Origin: Lytechinus pictus
Lineage: Eukaryota
Assembly (NCBI RefSeq): GCF_037042905.1
Contig: NC_087249.1
Location: 27,652,001-27,716,000, forward strand
Reading direction: 5' to 3'
Length of the DNA stretch: 64,000 nt
The position numbers and the translations under genes were made by a program. Shown here in pieces: positions 21,556 to 30,629 of the stretch. The first letter of the stretch is position 1. Every line of letters begins with the position of its first letter. The notes under the pieces are model-generated. The model was not told the DNA's origin, ran no database searches, and saw only the letters and a list, made by a program, of their open reading frames with translations.

Positions 21556-23385
21556 ATTTTAAAAAACACGACCCAGATATCTATCACAAAATTTGATTTT
21601 TGTGATAACAAATTTCGAATGCTTTGCTCGCTCGCAACTTGTTGTTATTGTTACCCGATACGTTTTATCTAGTCCCCTCAAATTTCTGGCTCATTACGCC
21701 ACTTTTAAAGTGTGAGAGCGAAAAACAAGCGAGCAAACTGTCACTATCTGATAGGGTCTATGGTGTCAAATTGTATCTTGTACAATGGGTTTGAGCATTA
21801 GAGACTGAAAATATATTTATTTCAACAAAATCTAGTAAGCACCATCCTAGCGAGTGTTGTGAGCTAACTTAAAAGAATTGCTGGGGGGGGGTTCAAATTA
21901 GGGGGAATTATGAGGAAGAAAGGGGATACTTAGCAGGAAAATGATCACTCGGGGAGGGCCATTGACTCACTTAAGATGAATTGGAAGACGGCAGACCCTA
22001 TACTTTGAGAAGGAAAGATTGGATCTTATCACCAAGAAAATGGTGCCCCTATTTGATTATAACTAGGCATTTGGGGCACTTATTATAGAGATCATAATAT
22101 AATCCTGGAAAACTAGGAGCTGCACCCAAATTAAAACGTGTAGCTCAACAGTGTGACAAGTAAGGAAGCATACGATATTATGTAGAAAGTTGCATTTTAT
22201 CGTATCTACCATGTCTACAGAGTATCAGTGGAAATGGGGTAAAGGTATGAAACTTAATGATGACAATGATGTCTCAGTTGAACAATTTCTTTGTCGCTGA
22301 CACAAAAAGGATTGTATTTCTCTTCCTGATACCATTAAATTGACCTATTTAACTCGCAAATATGTGGTCTGCACCGCTGTCTTTTAGATCTATTTAGTCG
22401 GTCATGCTTGTCATCAGTGGTACAGTTAACTACTGTAAATGTAAATTAAACATGTTTAAGAATTTGATCTGGCACACTGTTGTAAATTTAGCTATGAATA
22501 TCTACCCTTTAGATCTAAATTGCATTTGTGTATCTATATCCTCAAGCTAACGGTGTATGTATTTAGTAACTGTTCACATGGCTAGTCTGAAGTGTTTTTT
22601 TTTATAAACAAGTCCACACCTTGGCCTCCAAGAATGCATATAGCATTTCCATTTAGGCCTTATTTGAACATGCAGGATGAATAGCACTGTCGATTAAATG
22701 CCTTGCTCATGGATAATACTAGGTGCCGTGGTCGGGGATCGAACCTCGGATTTTGTCTAGTGGGCGAATTAAACCGCTCGGCCACGGCACCTCCGCGGCG
22801 TTTTATTTGGGTGGTGTTTTTTTTTGTAACAGGTAAGGAAGATCAATCGGCTCCTAAATTTTTGGAAGTGATGTAGCGTTTGTGTTTTAAAAGGGGCAGC
22901 ACGACATAGGCTTATATGACTTGCTACATTCCACTCAATGTGATTTTGCCGTTCTTCTAATATTCTGTTTTATCAAAAGCTGAAAGGTCTCACAAGAAAT
23001 TGACCTAAAATAAAAATATTATCGGAGCAACCCAGATATTGGCCTATATCTATTTTCATAGCAGTATATATCAAATGATAAATCGATATATGACTATACA
23101 GGTCTCCATGGTGGCATATATATTATATATATATCATAACCTTGTTCATTGAATGAGTGCATGGTGGTGCTCATCAGGAGATATCACTATTAATGGTACT
23201 GTAATTCAATGACAGTACAGTGAAAATTGAGTGAACTGTAAATCCAACAGACCTCAATCCAGTTAGAAACTCGTGTGTTACTTACGACATTGTACGAAGG
23301 TTGGACAGAAAACAGCGATAAGAGGCAATATCCATAGTTGACTTCTCCACACTAGTTTCCCTCCAACGGCAGGCGACGCCATCAT
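1..23385 (-). CDS. Multi-domain SRCR scavenger receptor (DMBT1-like), spliced gene: signal-peptide exon + at least 18 SRCR exons; 3' end beyond left window edge
   Basis: Repeated GRVEI..WGTVCDD.W...[20 protein letters not shown]....W....C.H.EDAGV.C motifs. Each lies in a 324-333 nt exon with AG/GT boundaries, all phase 1-1, giving a continuous reading frame when joined. Confidence 0.95.
359..691 (-). CDS. SRCR exon/domain 17
   Basis: AAG acceptor, GTGAGT donor, 333 nt. Confidence 0.9.
1530..1859 (-). CDS. SRCR exon/domain 16
   Basis: CAG acceptor, GTGAGT donor, 330 nt. Confidence 0.92.
2014..3290 (+). mobile_element. Degenerate Ty3/Gypsy LTR retrotransposon remnant (putative 5' LTR 2014-2222, PBS, pol RNase H to integrase-proximal fragment) in an SRCR intron, antisense to the host gene
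   Basis: RT-RNaseH motifs [43 protein letters not shown], then DTLSR and IRNGWPE, broken by frameshifts and stops. TG start where homology to the paralogous intron (~5400) stops. TGGTGTCAG PBS-like sequence at 2223. Confidence 0.85.
3293..3545. mobile_element. Small palindromic MITE-like element (left end truncated)
   Basis: caatcgtaactctatgga ... tccatagttacgattg inverted repeats; right terminus tttgtaagacggggccctg. Confidence 0.55.
3850..4176 (-). CDS. SRCR exon/domain 15
   Basis: TAG acceptor, GTCAGT donor, 327 nt. Confidence 0.92.
4934..5263 (-). CDS. SRCR exon/domain 14
   Basis: AAG acceptor, GTAAGT donor, 330 nt. Confidence 0.92.
5866..6195 (-). CDS. SRCR exon/domain 13
   Basis: TAG acceptor, GTATGT donor, 330 nt. 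Confidence 0.92.
6440..6769 (-). CDS. SRCR exon/domain 12
   Basis: TAG acceptor, GTAATT donor, 330 nt. Confidence 0.92.
7252..7578 (-). CDS. SRCR exon/domain 11
   Basis: AAG acceptor, GTAGGT donor, 327 nt. Confidence 0.92.
7721..7901. mobile_element. Palindromic MITE (~180 bp; GG..CC ends, possibly PIF/Harbinger-type)
   Basis: gtttcatagagctgttcgtaagttaggagcga ... gtcactcttaacttacgaatagctttataaaac long inverted repeat. Confidence 0.65.
8445..8774 (-). CDS. SRCR exon/domain 10
   Basis: AAG acceptor, GTAAGT donor, 330 nt. Confidence 0.92.
9045..9371 (-). CDS. SRCR exon/domain 9
   Basis: AAG acceptor, GTATGT donor, 327 nt. Confidence 0.92.
9656..9979 (-). CDS. SRCR exon/domain 8
   Basis: AAG acceptor, GTTTGT donor, 324 nt. 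Confidence 0.9.
10395..10718 (-). CDS. SRCR exon/domain 7
   Basis: AAG acceptor, GTTTGT donor, 324 nt. Confidence 0.9.
11160..11483 (-). CDS. SRCR exon/domain 6
   Basis: AAG acceptor, GTTTTT donor, 324 nt. Confidence 0.9.
11922..12245 (-). CDS. SRCR exon/domain 5
   Basis: AAG acceptor, GTTTTT donor, 324 nt. Confidence 0.9.
12633..12956 (-). CDS. SRCR exon/domain 4 (extra Cys, EGSCP)
   Basis: AAG acceptor, GTTTGT donor, 324 nt. Confidence 0.9.
13408..13731 (-). CDS. SRCR exon/domain 3
   Basis: AAG acceptor, GTTTTT donor, 324 nt. Confidence 0.9.
14188..14511 (-). CDS. SRCR exon/domain 2
   Basis: AAG acceptor, GTTTGT donor, 324 nt. Confidence 0.9.
14901..15227 (-). CDS. SRCR exon/domain 1
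   Basis: TTTTCAG acceptor, GTTGGT donor, 327 nt, full SRCR motif. Confidence 0.92.
15290..15446. repeat. ~26-bp minisatellite (cctatcaaaatatcctggtgcagcc) x6, interrupted by a MITE
   Basis: Direct repeats visible; the unit resumes (caaaatatcctggcgcc) at 16398, after the MITE. Confidence 0.85.
15451..16393. mobile_element. Kolobok/T2-type MITE family A, copy 1, carrying a ~345-bp nested LINE-like 3' tail (~15900-16243)
   Basis: TTAA TSD, AGGACAAGTCCA..TGGACTTGACCT TIRs; homologous to 59934-60543 and 61376-61965, which lack the insert. Confidence 0.85.
16564..17146. mobile_element. Kolobok/T2-type MITE family B
   Basis: TTAA TSD, AGGAGAATGAAAC..GTTTCATTCTCCT TIRs, ~95-bp internal inverted repeats. 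Confidence 0.85.
19040..19170. repeat. Compound (GAA)n/(TGA)n/(GGA)n microsatellite
   Basis: Direct reading. Confidence 0.85.
20948..21165. mobile_element. Inverted-repeat remnant in (TA)n, probably a Penelope-like element pseudo-LTR pair with a variant small hammerhead motif
   Basis: ~90-bp arms (aagagaaacaag..gacgagtacataccgtcttta / taaagactgtatgtactcgtc..cttgtttctctt). The right arm reads CAC-TTGATAAA-GAC..GTC-GAAA-ATTT-GTG. Confidence 0.55.
21245..21281 (-). ncRNA. Minimal type I hammerhead ribozyme motif
   Basis: Minus strand: uUCG-CUGAUGA-GCC-uuag-GGU-GAAA-CAGUCUG-UA^CGA. Complete catalytic core, stem II, short near-palindromic stem III, GUA cleavage triplet, 3-bp stem I. Confidence 0.7.
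22650..22794 (-). mobile_element. tRNA-derived SINE
   Basis: Minus strand: A box GTGGCCGAGCGGT, B box GGTTCGATCCC, followed by a SINE core-like TCCATGAGCAAGGCATTTAA. Confidence 0.75.
23286..23385 (-). CDS. SRCR gene exon 1, signal peptide [33 protein letters not shown]
   Basis: ATG ATG start, hydrophobic core, strong GTAAGT donor in phase 1 that matches the phase of the first SRCR exon (C|AA = Gln). Confidence 0.8.
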
Positions 23386-23525
23386 TTCACGTGCAATGTC
23401 AACGGTGCCATGCGATCAAACCCATACGTAGGCGAAAATTAGCTCTCGTAAATAATGTATGGGATGGTTGCATGCACATTTGCAATAGAGAAAAGGAAGC
23501 AGAGGAAAGCCGTCGGTCGACTGTG

Positions 23526-23796
23526 TTTATACAGTAATCAAAGTATTTTTTTTCAATACTGAAAATATTCTGGTATTGTGTGACGTCATAGCTTTCACGG
23601 TTGTTGGGTCCAAAATGGGGACCGTCATGCCAAACTTTCTTTCTCATTAAAAGGCGTTGGTAAATAATGATGGAATATTCCATCATTAGTCTCTGTCATT
23701 TTTCAGAGTCGATGTGCCTACACTCAGTAAAAGATTTACATGAAAAATACTGGTAATTTAGCTAAATTCCTTTTCATGTATGCCCAGGAATGTCCC
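23526..23796 (-). promoter_or_regulatory. Putative SRCR gene promoter: TATAAA (23526-23531), CRE TGACGTCA (23581-23588), kB-like GGGACATTCC (23787-23796)
   Basis: Consensus motif matches 140-410 bp upstream of the ATG; motif matches only. Confidence 0.45.
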
Positions 23797-23933
23797 CAGC
23801 TTAAAGCAAAAAGGAAATATGGCTTCACAATCATGGTGATAAATACTCATATTTTCAACAAAATTATAAATTAATGCAAAGAGCAAAATGATCATTTGAT
23901 TGTTAGTATAATCAGACTGTTTATTTTACAGTG
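23721..23933. mobile_element. Short CACT..AGTG-ended MITE (CMC/EnSpm-like), degenerate
   Basis: cactcagtaaaa ... ttttacagtg termini. Confidence 0.45.
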
Positions 23934-24584
23934 TCGATTTCCCTTATAATAGCGCGAAGCAATTTTGGACACTCTTGACAAAAATGCGATTATTGAGGGC
24001 GCTATATTTAGAAGTAAATGTTACAGCATTGGTCGTATATATGATACCGGTTAACAAATCCAGCGAACTCATAAATACATGTCGTTCCATCTGGCAGAGT
24101 AGCGTAATGAGCTAACAATTTTGAGGGGGCCCGGCGTGTGGGGCAAAATTTCTGAAAAGCTGCCAGTGAGCGAAGCGAGTGAGCAAAATTTTGCACCTTT
24201 TCAATACCAACCTCTAATCTTGTAATTGATTTTGACATACTTATCCTCCTTTTCTAACTTCTTCTCCCCTTTCTTTTCTTAGTGGTAAAAAGTTTTGGGG
24301 TCCAATTTCCAAAGCCCGCCCCTCCCCCTTCTTACACCAGTGATCAGGCCCTCTGAAGTTTGAAGAATATGTATCAACCTCTTATCATTCATTATTGCTG
24401 CTGGATTAATTTTTGATATTAATACTATTTGAGGAAATATTAATTATGCCAGTTTGTCTAAAATAAAGTTTTTTTGTTAGCAAAATTTCATTTCAACGCC
24501 ATGTTTATACCATCAATTAAGTAAAAACAAAAGCAACGTTTATTCAAGCACATTACCAACATTATGAGAAAGAAGATATTTTTT

Positions 24585-24920
24585 TCAAGTTTCAAGTTTA
24601 TTTCATTTCTCAACTCAATACAACATAAGAAATAATTACACAGATATAAAATGATAACCATACAAATCAATACAAATGAATATACATTGCAAGCAATATA
24701 ACTATACAAGAAAAGTTAAATGTTTATGGAAAACACTAAATAACGTTATAATCACATTAACCAATAACAATATATGCAATGGAAATAGAACAAAATGTAT
24801 ACCATTATCAATAAAACAATTTGCAAGGCTACATTTATAACTCCCTTTTTTCAATAAATAAAGTTGAGTAAATGGAGGGATCCACTAAAAAGCAGGGCTT
24901 GTTAAGTGTGGACCCCTCGA
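24585..24920 (-). mobile_element. LINE 3'-UTR/tail remnant
   Basis: Minus-strand AT-rich tail ending AATAAA plus (CTTGAAA)n, preceded by a GC-rich stem-loop (gaggggtccac..gtggatccctc). Confidence 0.45.
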
Positions 24921-25209
24921 AGAATGAATCAAAGATATCGCGTCACTGTGTGTAATTCAAAATATCCGCATTTGTTTTGTCAACTGATTATGTCATATTC
25001 CTTTTACATTGACAGTTACATTTACATTACGCATTTCAGTTACATCTACGTTTACATTTACATTTATATCTGCATTATACATAATTATACAGTTTTATTT
25101 ACACTTTGCAACCTACGATAGTCCTTTGAAACTTTCATTTACGGCTATTCATGATGAAGGAATAGATTTTTTTTCATAGAAGTGCATATGCATTAATTTG
25201 TCTTAGATA

Positions 25210-27180
25210 TGTTACTGCACTTTTTGGTAAATTGCACATTTTGGTAAAAGAAGTTTGTTACCAAAATGTGCCGATAGTGCGCCTATGCCTGACAGGATTT
25301 TTGTTACCAAAATGTGTAGATAAAACGTAATGTGCCTGCATATTTTGGACAATATGCACACTTCGGTAAAAACTTAAAAAACAGATTTGACGGTTAAAAT
25401 AGAGTAAAGATTAATAATGTTGGGTTAGAGACAAAGTCATGGGTAGTATTTGTTTGTGTGTGGGGGTACTCTTGTGTGTGAGGGAGGGGGTGTGCGTGCG
25501 TGTGTGAGGGTGTGTGTGTGTTTAGGGGTGATTTGCCTCTTCGTCCAATGCCATTTCGTCCAGTGACCATGTCGTGTAATGCCGTTTGGTCCAATATCAT
25601 TTCGTCCGAGAGTCAGTCTATGAGCAACTTCGTCCAAAAGCCAAATCGTCCAAGAGCCACTTCGTCCAATAGCCAGTTCGTGCAAAGTCACTTCGTCTGA
25701 GACTAATGTCGTCCAATAGCCACTTCCTCTGAGAGCCATTTCGTCTAAATGCCGCTTTGTTTAATAGACCCTTCATCCAATATCAATTTCCTCCAATAGC
25801 CAGATCGTCTAACTTCATTGCCTGTTTGTCCAATCGCTATTTGGTCCAATTGACAGTTGATCCAATATCCCTTGGTCCAATACCCATTTGGTCCGATTCT
25901 CACTTGGTCTAATAACCATCACTGGGGTCAGCCGCGGATCCAGGAGGTGAATGCCCCCCCCCCCCTCACCCAGTAAAAGGTTAGAAGAAGAAAAAACATA
26001 CCACAATATAGGATGAACGTTTATCATTTAGACACAAATAGCGATTTATTAGCCTGATTTTGATAGCCGTCTCTGCGACGCATTCAGCTTATACCCAGTT
26101 TTCTCAAATTTAATCACTTTTGGTGTTGCAGTCTATTCTCATCATAAATATAAAATCATGTGAAATTTGTCCAACAAGACATTGTGAAACCAAATCTCAT
26201 GCTTTTGCGAATTATTTTGACACTTAAATTTGAGTATACCCGAGGCTTAACTCTTGTAATTTTTAAGAACAACAACAAAACAAAATAATGTATATGTTTT
26301 ATTTCTCCCCGTCCTCTTACGTTGTTTTCAGAGTTCTCCAATGAATGTAATCAAATATTGGAGATTCCATTATTTGTTTTGCCTCATTAGATTTCTTTCA
26401 CTATAGGGGTGTCTTTTATGACTCTGATATTAAAATAAAACCCCAGGAACTTTGGCAGAGTAATGTTAATCAAATATTGAAGAGCTGTAGTTTGGGTCTC
26501 CTTTGTTTTGTGGAGTCTTTTTTTAGTATTTGTTTATTGCTCTATTGGACGAAATGGCTCTTAGTAGAAGTGGGTTTTGGACGAAGTGGCTTTTGACTAA
26601 CTGGCTATTGGACAAAATGTTTATTGAACGAGAGGCATTTAGATGAAGTAGCTCTTAGATGAAGTGGCTATTTGATGAAATGGCTCTTAGACAAAGTGAC
26701 CTTTGGACGAAGTGAATCTTACACGAAGTGGATTTTGGACGAAGTGACTCTTAATTTAATTAGACGAAGTGGCTCCTAATTTAATTAGACGAAGTGGCTT
26801 TTGGACGAAGTGGCTCTTAGACTAACTGGCTATTGGACGAAATGTCTATTGAACGAAATGATATTTGACTAAACAGCATTAGACGTGATGGTCATTAGAC
26901 AAAATAGCATTGGACGTCGAGATTGGACAAAATTAATGGTAAACCCATGGGTTTAGCCAATGTGGTTTTAGAAAATAGGGACCAACTGAAATTCCCTCCT
27001 CGTGTATAGTTACAGGGTATTTTGTATATATTTTTAATGTAATGAATGAGTACCGGCAACTGAGCGAATAATTCCGGAAGTTAATTACCAAAATGTGCCG
27101 TCAATGTCCTGCACATTTTTGTAAATTTACCAAAAAGTGCTGTTACCAAAATGTGCAATCTACCAAAATGTACCGTATCA
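25210..27180. mobile_element. Non-autonomous TIR element (TG..CA ends, 5-bp AGATA TSD) with subterminal cacattttggtaa repeats, containing a nested foldback element
   Basis: Left tgttactgcactttttggtaaattgcacattttggtaa vs right ttaccaaaatgtgcaatctaccaaaatgtaccgtatca; AGATA at 25205-25209 and 27181-27185. Confidence 0.7.
25525..26945. mobile_element. Foldback-type element with ~20-bp subterminal tandem repeats (gccacttcgtccaa / ttggacgaagtggc)
   Basis: The array at 25535-25920 is mirrored in reverse complement at 26540-26935. Confidence 0.75.
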
Positions 27181-27272
27181 AGATATTCAATGCAAGAGTG
27201 AAAGGATTATAATTTTCTGGAAAAAAATCGAGGGCTCGTTTAATGAATTATAGAAAAACGTAGGCCCATGGA

Positions 27273-27799
27273 AGTACGCAGCTTTATTCCGACGGTTCGT
27301 AATTCCGAAACACGTAAATTGCCTATACCTCGATGTTCGTTAATCCGAAAACGTAAAAGGGTTCGTTAATCCGAACATTTGTGGCGTTATTCCGAAGGTT
27401 CGATAATCCGAAAACGAAATAAGGTTCGATGTTCCGAAGGTTCGTCATTCCGAAAACGAAATAAGGTTCGTTGATCCGAAAACGAAATAAGGTTCGTTGT
27501 TCCGAAGGTTCGTTAGTCCGAAAACGAAATAAGGTTCGTTAATCATTAGTTTTCGGACGAACGAACCTTCGGAATTACGAACCTCATTTCGTTTTCGGAT
27601 AAGCGAACCTTCGGAATTACGAACCTCACTTCGTTTTCGGACTAACGAACCTTCGGAATTACGAACCTCATTTCGTTTTCGGACTAACGAACCTTCGGAA
27701 TTACGAACCTTCGGAAATACGAACCTTCGGAATAACGAACCTTCGGAATATCCGAACCTTTGGAATAACGAAGCGTCGGAATTACGAATGTATGCGGAC
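27273..27799. mobile_element. Foldback/palindromic element of tandem ttccgaaggttcgt / acgaaccttcggaa units
   Basis: Tandem units switch orientation at ~27545; termini gtacgca..tgcggac. Confidence 0.8.
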
Positions 27800-28779
27800 A
27801 TGGCAAACGCCAAATGCAAAAACAAATATTACTGTTATTTTCTTTAAACATTCGTTGACGTGCTTTCCTCACATGTATATAATTTAGTTTTAGTTCCCCC
27901 TTAAAAGCTTAAGTGTATTTTTTTTTCTTCAATCTTCCACACGAATTAGCAATGATTGAATAGGAGATAAATAAACACATTTAAAGATCTGTCTTACGAC
28001 TTTCAGTTTCGGAACTGATTTGGAAAAAAATAATCTCCTCATACATCGGGTATTTGATAAATACAATCATTAATGTTATTGAGGAGACGAGACTTATAAG
28101 AGACATGCATGTGCACATGTCATTTTGGTTCATGCTTAATCACAATTAATTTCTATAAATCTGTTGGCCTCCTGGAAGAAACGCATTTTCTTCTTTTTAA
28201 ATCTTTCGTTTCTTTCTTTCTTTTTTGAGGGGAATGCGTACTTTCGAAACAGTCATAGTTTACGCAAGTGGGTAAAACAATTCATGAGAACATACTCTAA
28301 ATCCAAATTTTTGATATCTCTAGGGCTTTATTTTCTTCCACTATTATTTTCTCCAATCGTTTACAATCATGTAGACTGATAAAGTTAACTTCAATGCATC
28401 TCAACAGTCACCTGTCCTAGGTAATCCGGATGGTTAATGAACAAAATATCTGAGAGTGGCATTTCAAGTTCATCGTTTGACGTTGCAATAAATTTTTTTA
28501 TTCTACTCCAGTTATACCCGACTGATTTCATATCACTCTGTATGAATACCGGCACCTCATCTGCATATCAAAAGGACCCATCGCTTGTTCATAATTTGAC
28601 AGAAGCTCTCCTATTCATGACGCAACAATGGCAGCGACGTGAAAGGTGCGATCGAGAGCTTACAAGCCGAGCCCACTGCCTTGCATTGAACAACCCTTGA
28701 ACTGGGGAGACCTGGCATGCATGAAAAGAGGCGAGGATAGCGAGCATCCTAGCATTAATGCAGCCGCTATATGGGCGGC

Positions 28780-28946
28780 GGTCACAACTCCCACAACTCC
28801 ATCGGAGCGTAACTAAAAAAGCAATTGCCTCACTGGAAGAAAAAAAAAGACAGACATGAAAGAAGCCCATGGATTATAGTACATCTTCAGCGTTTGGATA
28901 GCTTTTTTTTTAATTATCAGGTTTTAACACATCCTCATTAGTGAAG
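28780..28946 (+). other. Probable non-coding first exon of the tail-anchored protein gene (start approximate)
   Basis: GC/CpG-richer patch ending in a consensus AAG|GTAAGT donor; the next exon has a TTTCAG acceptor at 30493. Confidence 0.45.
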
Positions 28947-29599
28947 GTAAGTTATGATTTTCTTGGAATAGATATTTACTATGATTTAAATACAAACATA
29001 CATATATCATTGCTCTTGAACTCTCGGAAGAATACCGCGAATGGTTGTTTGCAAAGATGGCCAAATATGCATACAGGACTATATTATGGACAGGCTAAAT
29101 GGAATGTCCGTGAATAACGATGCTTGCATTCATTCATTAAATAGAAAGTACTAATGGATGTACTAAGCAAATAATGTTTCCTACCACTTAGCCCAAGCGA
29201 ATCATATTATTTACCCTTCTACGATGAAATATTCACTAAAAGCTTGCAATTATGTTTAGCGTAGTTATCATCGTTCAGCAATGAATCAGTATATATTGCT
29301 CATGAAATTATATTTATCGGCAATTGAATGTTATGCTCGCATCTCATTATTTATATTCTCTCCCAATGCAACAGTCAACAGACAATCCGTATATTACCAC
29401 CTGCAGTATTACATGTACATCCTGTGTTGATGCGTAAAAGCACCTGTTGTACTGCTACGGTGACGCCAGGCCATCTCGCCAACTATAGGGCTTCAGCGTT
29501 AGAGGCGCCATGTACCGGGGAAATAGCCGTGGGAAATAGGTGTTGAGGTGTACATTGGTGAGTATTCCACATATCATGGCTTTGTTCATAAGTGATGAA

Positions 29600-29820
29600 T
29601 AAAATTTGACTATTGTGATGTGGCTTAACTTGGCTAGTCATGACAAGCTCTATTTGCTACAGTATGATAATAGCAGGGCCCGCTGGGAGAACAGTTTTCA
29701 GAACTGAAGTGGCTACCCTGGGTAAATATACCGTTATCATTATTATTAATATTATCATTATAATTATTATCATTATTATTATTATTACCATTATTATCAT
29801 TATTATTATCATTATTATAT
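29600..29820 (+). mobile_element. CR1/L2-type 3' end with (ATT)n tail
   Basis: Stem-loop-like cagttttcagaactg..ccctgggtaaat followed by an (ATT/ATC)n microsatellite. Confidence 0.55.
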
Positions 29821-30629
29821 CATCTACATGATTATACCCCCCCCCCGCCCTCTTTCTCCCTCCTACCTGTTTATTTCGCCTCTTCAAACTTAATATTTTG
29901 ATATTGCAACCGATGTTGTATATTGTAATAGGAACTGTAAATGCAGTTAATCACTCAGCCTAAATGATTATCCGACTGTTCAATCATTTAAAAAAAAACA
30001 TTGTAACTCCATTGTATATACATGCAGGTTAAAGAAGTAGGCTTAAACAGAATCTTCAATTCAAAGCGGGAACAGGTAGAACGCAAAAATAAGTAAGTTT
30101 CGTCGTATTATTTCAGAGGCATTTTGATGGCCATAGTCCGACTACTGAAGCCTTCTTTAAGAGTGACAATATCACTTGGAACCCGTCTTGACATTGATGA
30201 AATCAGACACAGCTTTTGCTAAACACCGCTATGTGCTGGTGACTATCTCCTGAAAAGCATTATGGGAGTGTTGAACCCCTGTCCCTCCGATATGAACCTT
30301 ACAGACGTCTGTGGTTGAAACAATGAATCGGCAACCGTTTTGGGGACATAATTAGTTTAGTGCCATGCTCTGTCAATCAGGAGCCCTTGTCTCCAGTCCC
30401 TAGGCCAGTTTTTACCTCTTCATCAGCATTTAGGCCTCCATGAATTATATAGGAACAAAGTTACAATCCGATGGAGTCACTTGTGTCTTTCAGATGGTGA
30501 CACGAATTACCAACATGTCTATCTATTTTCTGTACTGATTGACAAAATACAGATCTATATTCTGCTGGAACCATTTCCCAATCGCACGAAGACTCGTTTG
30601 GATGTGATTGATAAGAAACTGATCAGAGA

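Noticed and set aside
19380-22270. Coding-like patches at ~19440-19620 and ~21960-22250
   Set aside because: No sustained open frame or recognisable motif; probably very old TE debris that cannot be assigned.
22725-22794. tRNA gene
   Set aside because: Has A/B boxes but a degenerate anticodon arm, and continues into a SINE core; called as a SINE.
25535-26935. ~20-bp repeat arrays as CRISPR or coding repeats
   Set aside because: Degenerate subterminal tandem repeats mirrored on both sides, typical of non-autonomous transposons.
27285-27790. Regularly spaced repeats resembling a CRISPR array; ORF 27445-27825 with RNSEGS repeats
   Set aside because: No unique spacers, orientation flips mid-array, eukaryotic context with no cas genes. 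It is a foldback element and the ORF is a by-product.
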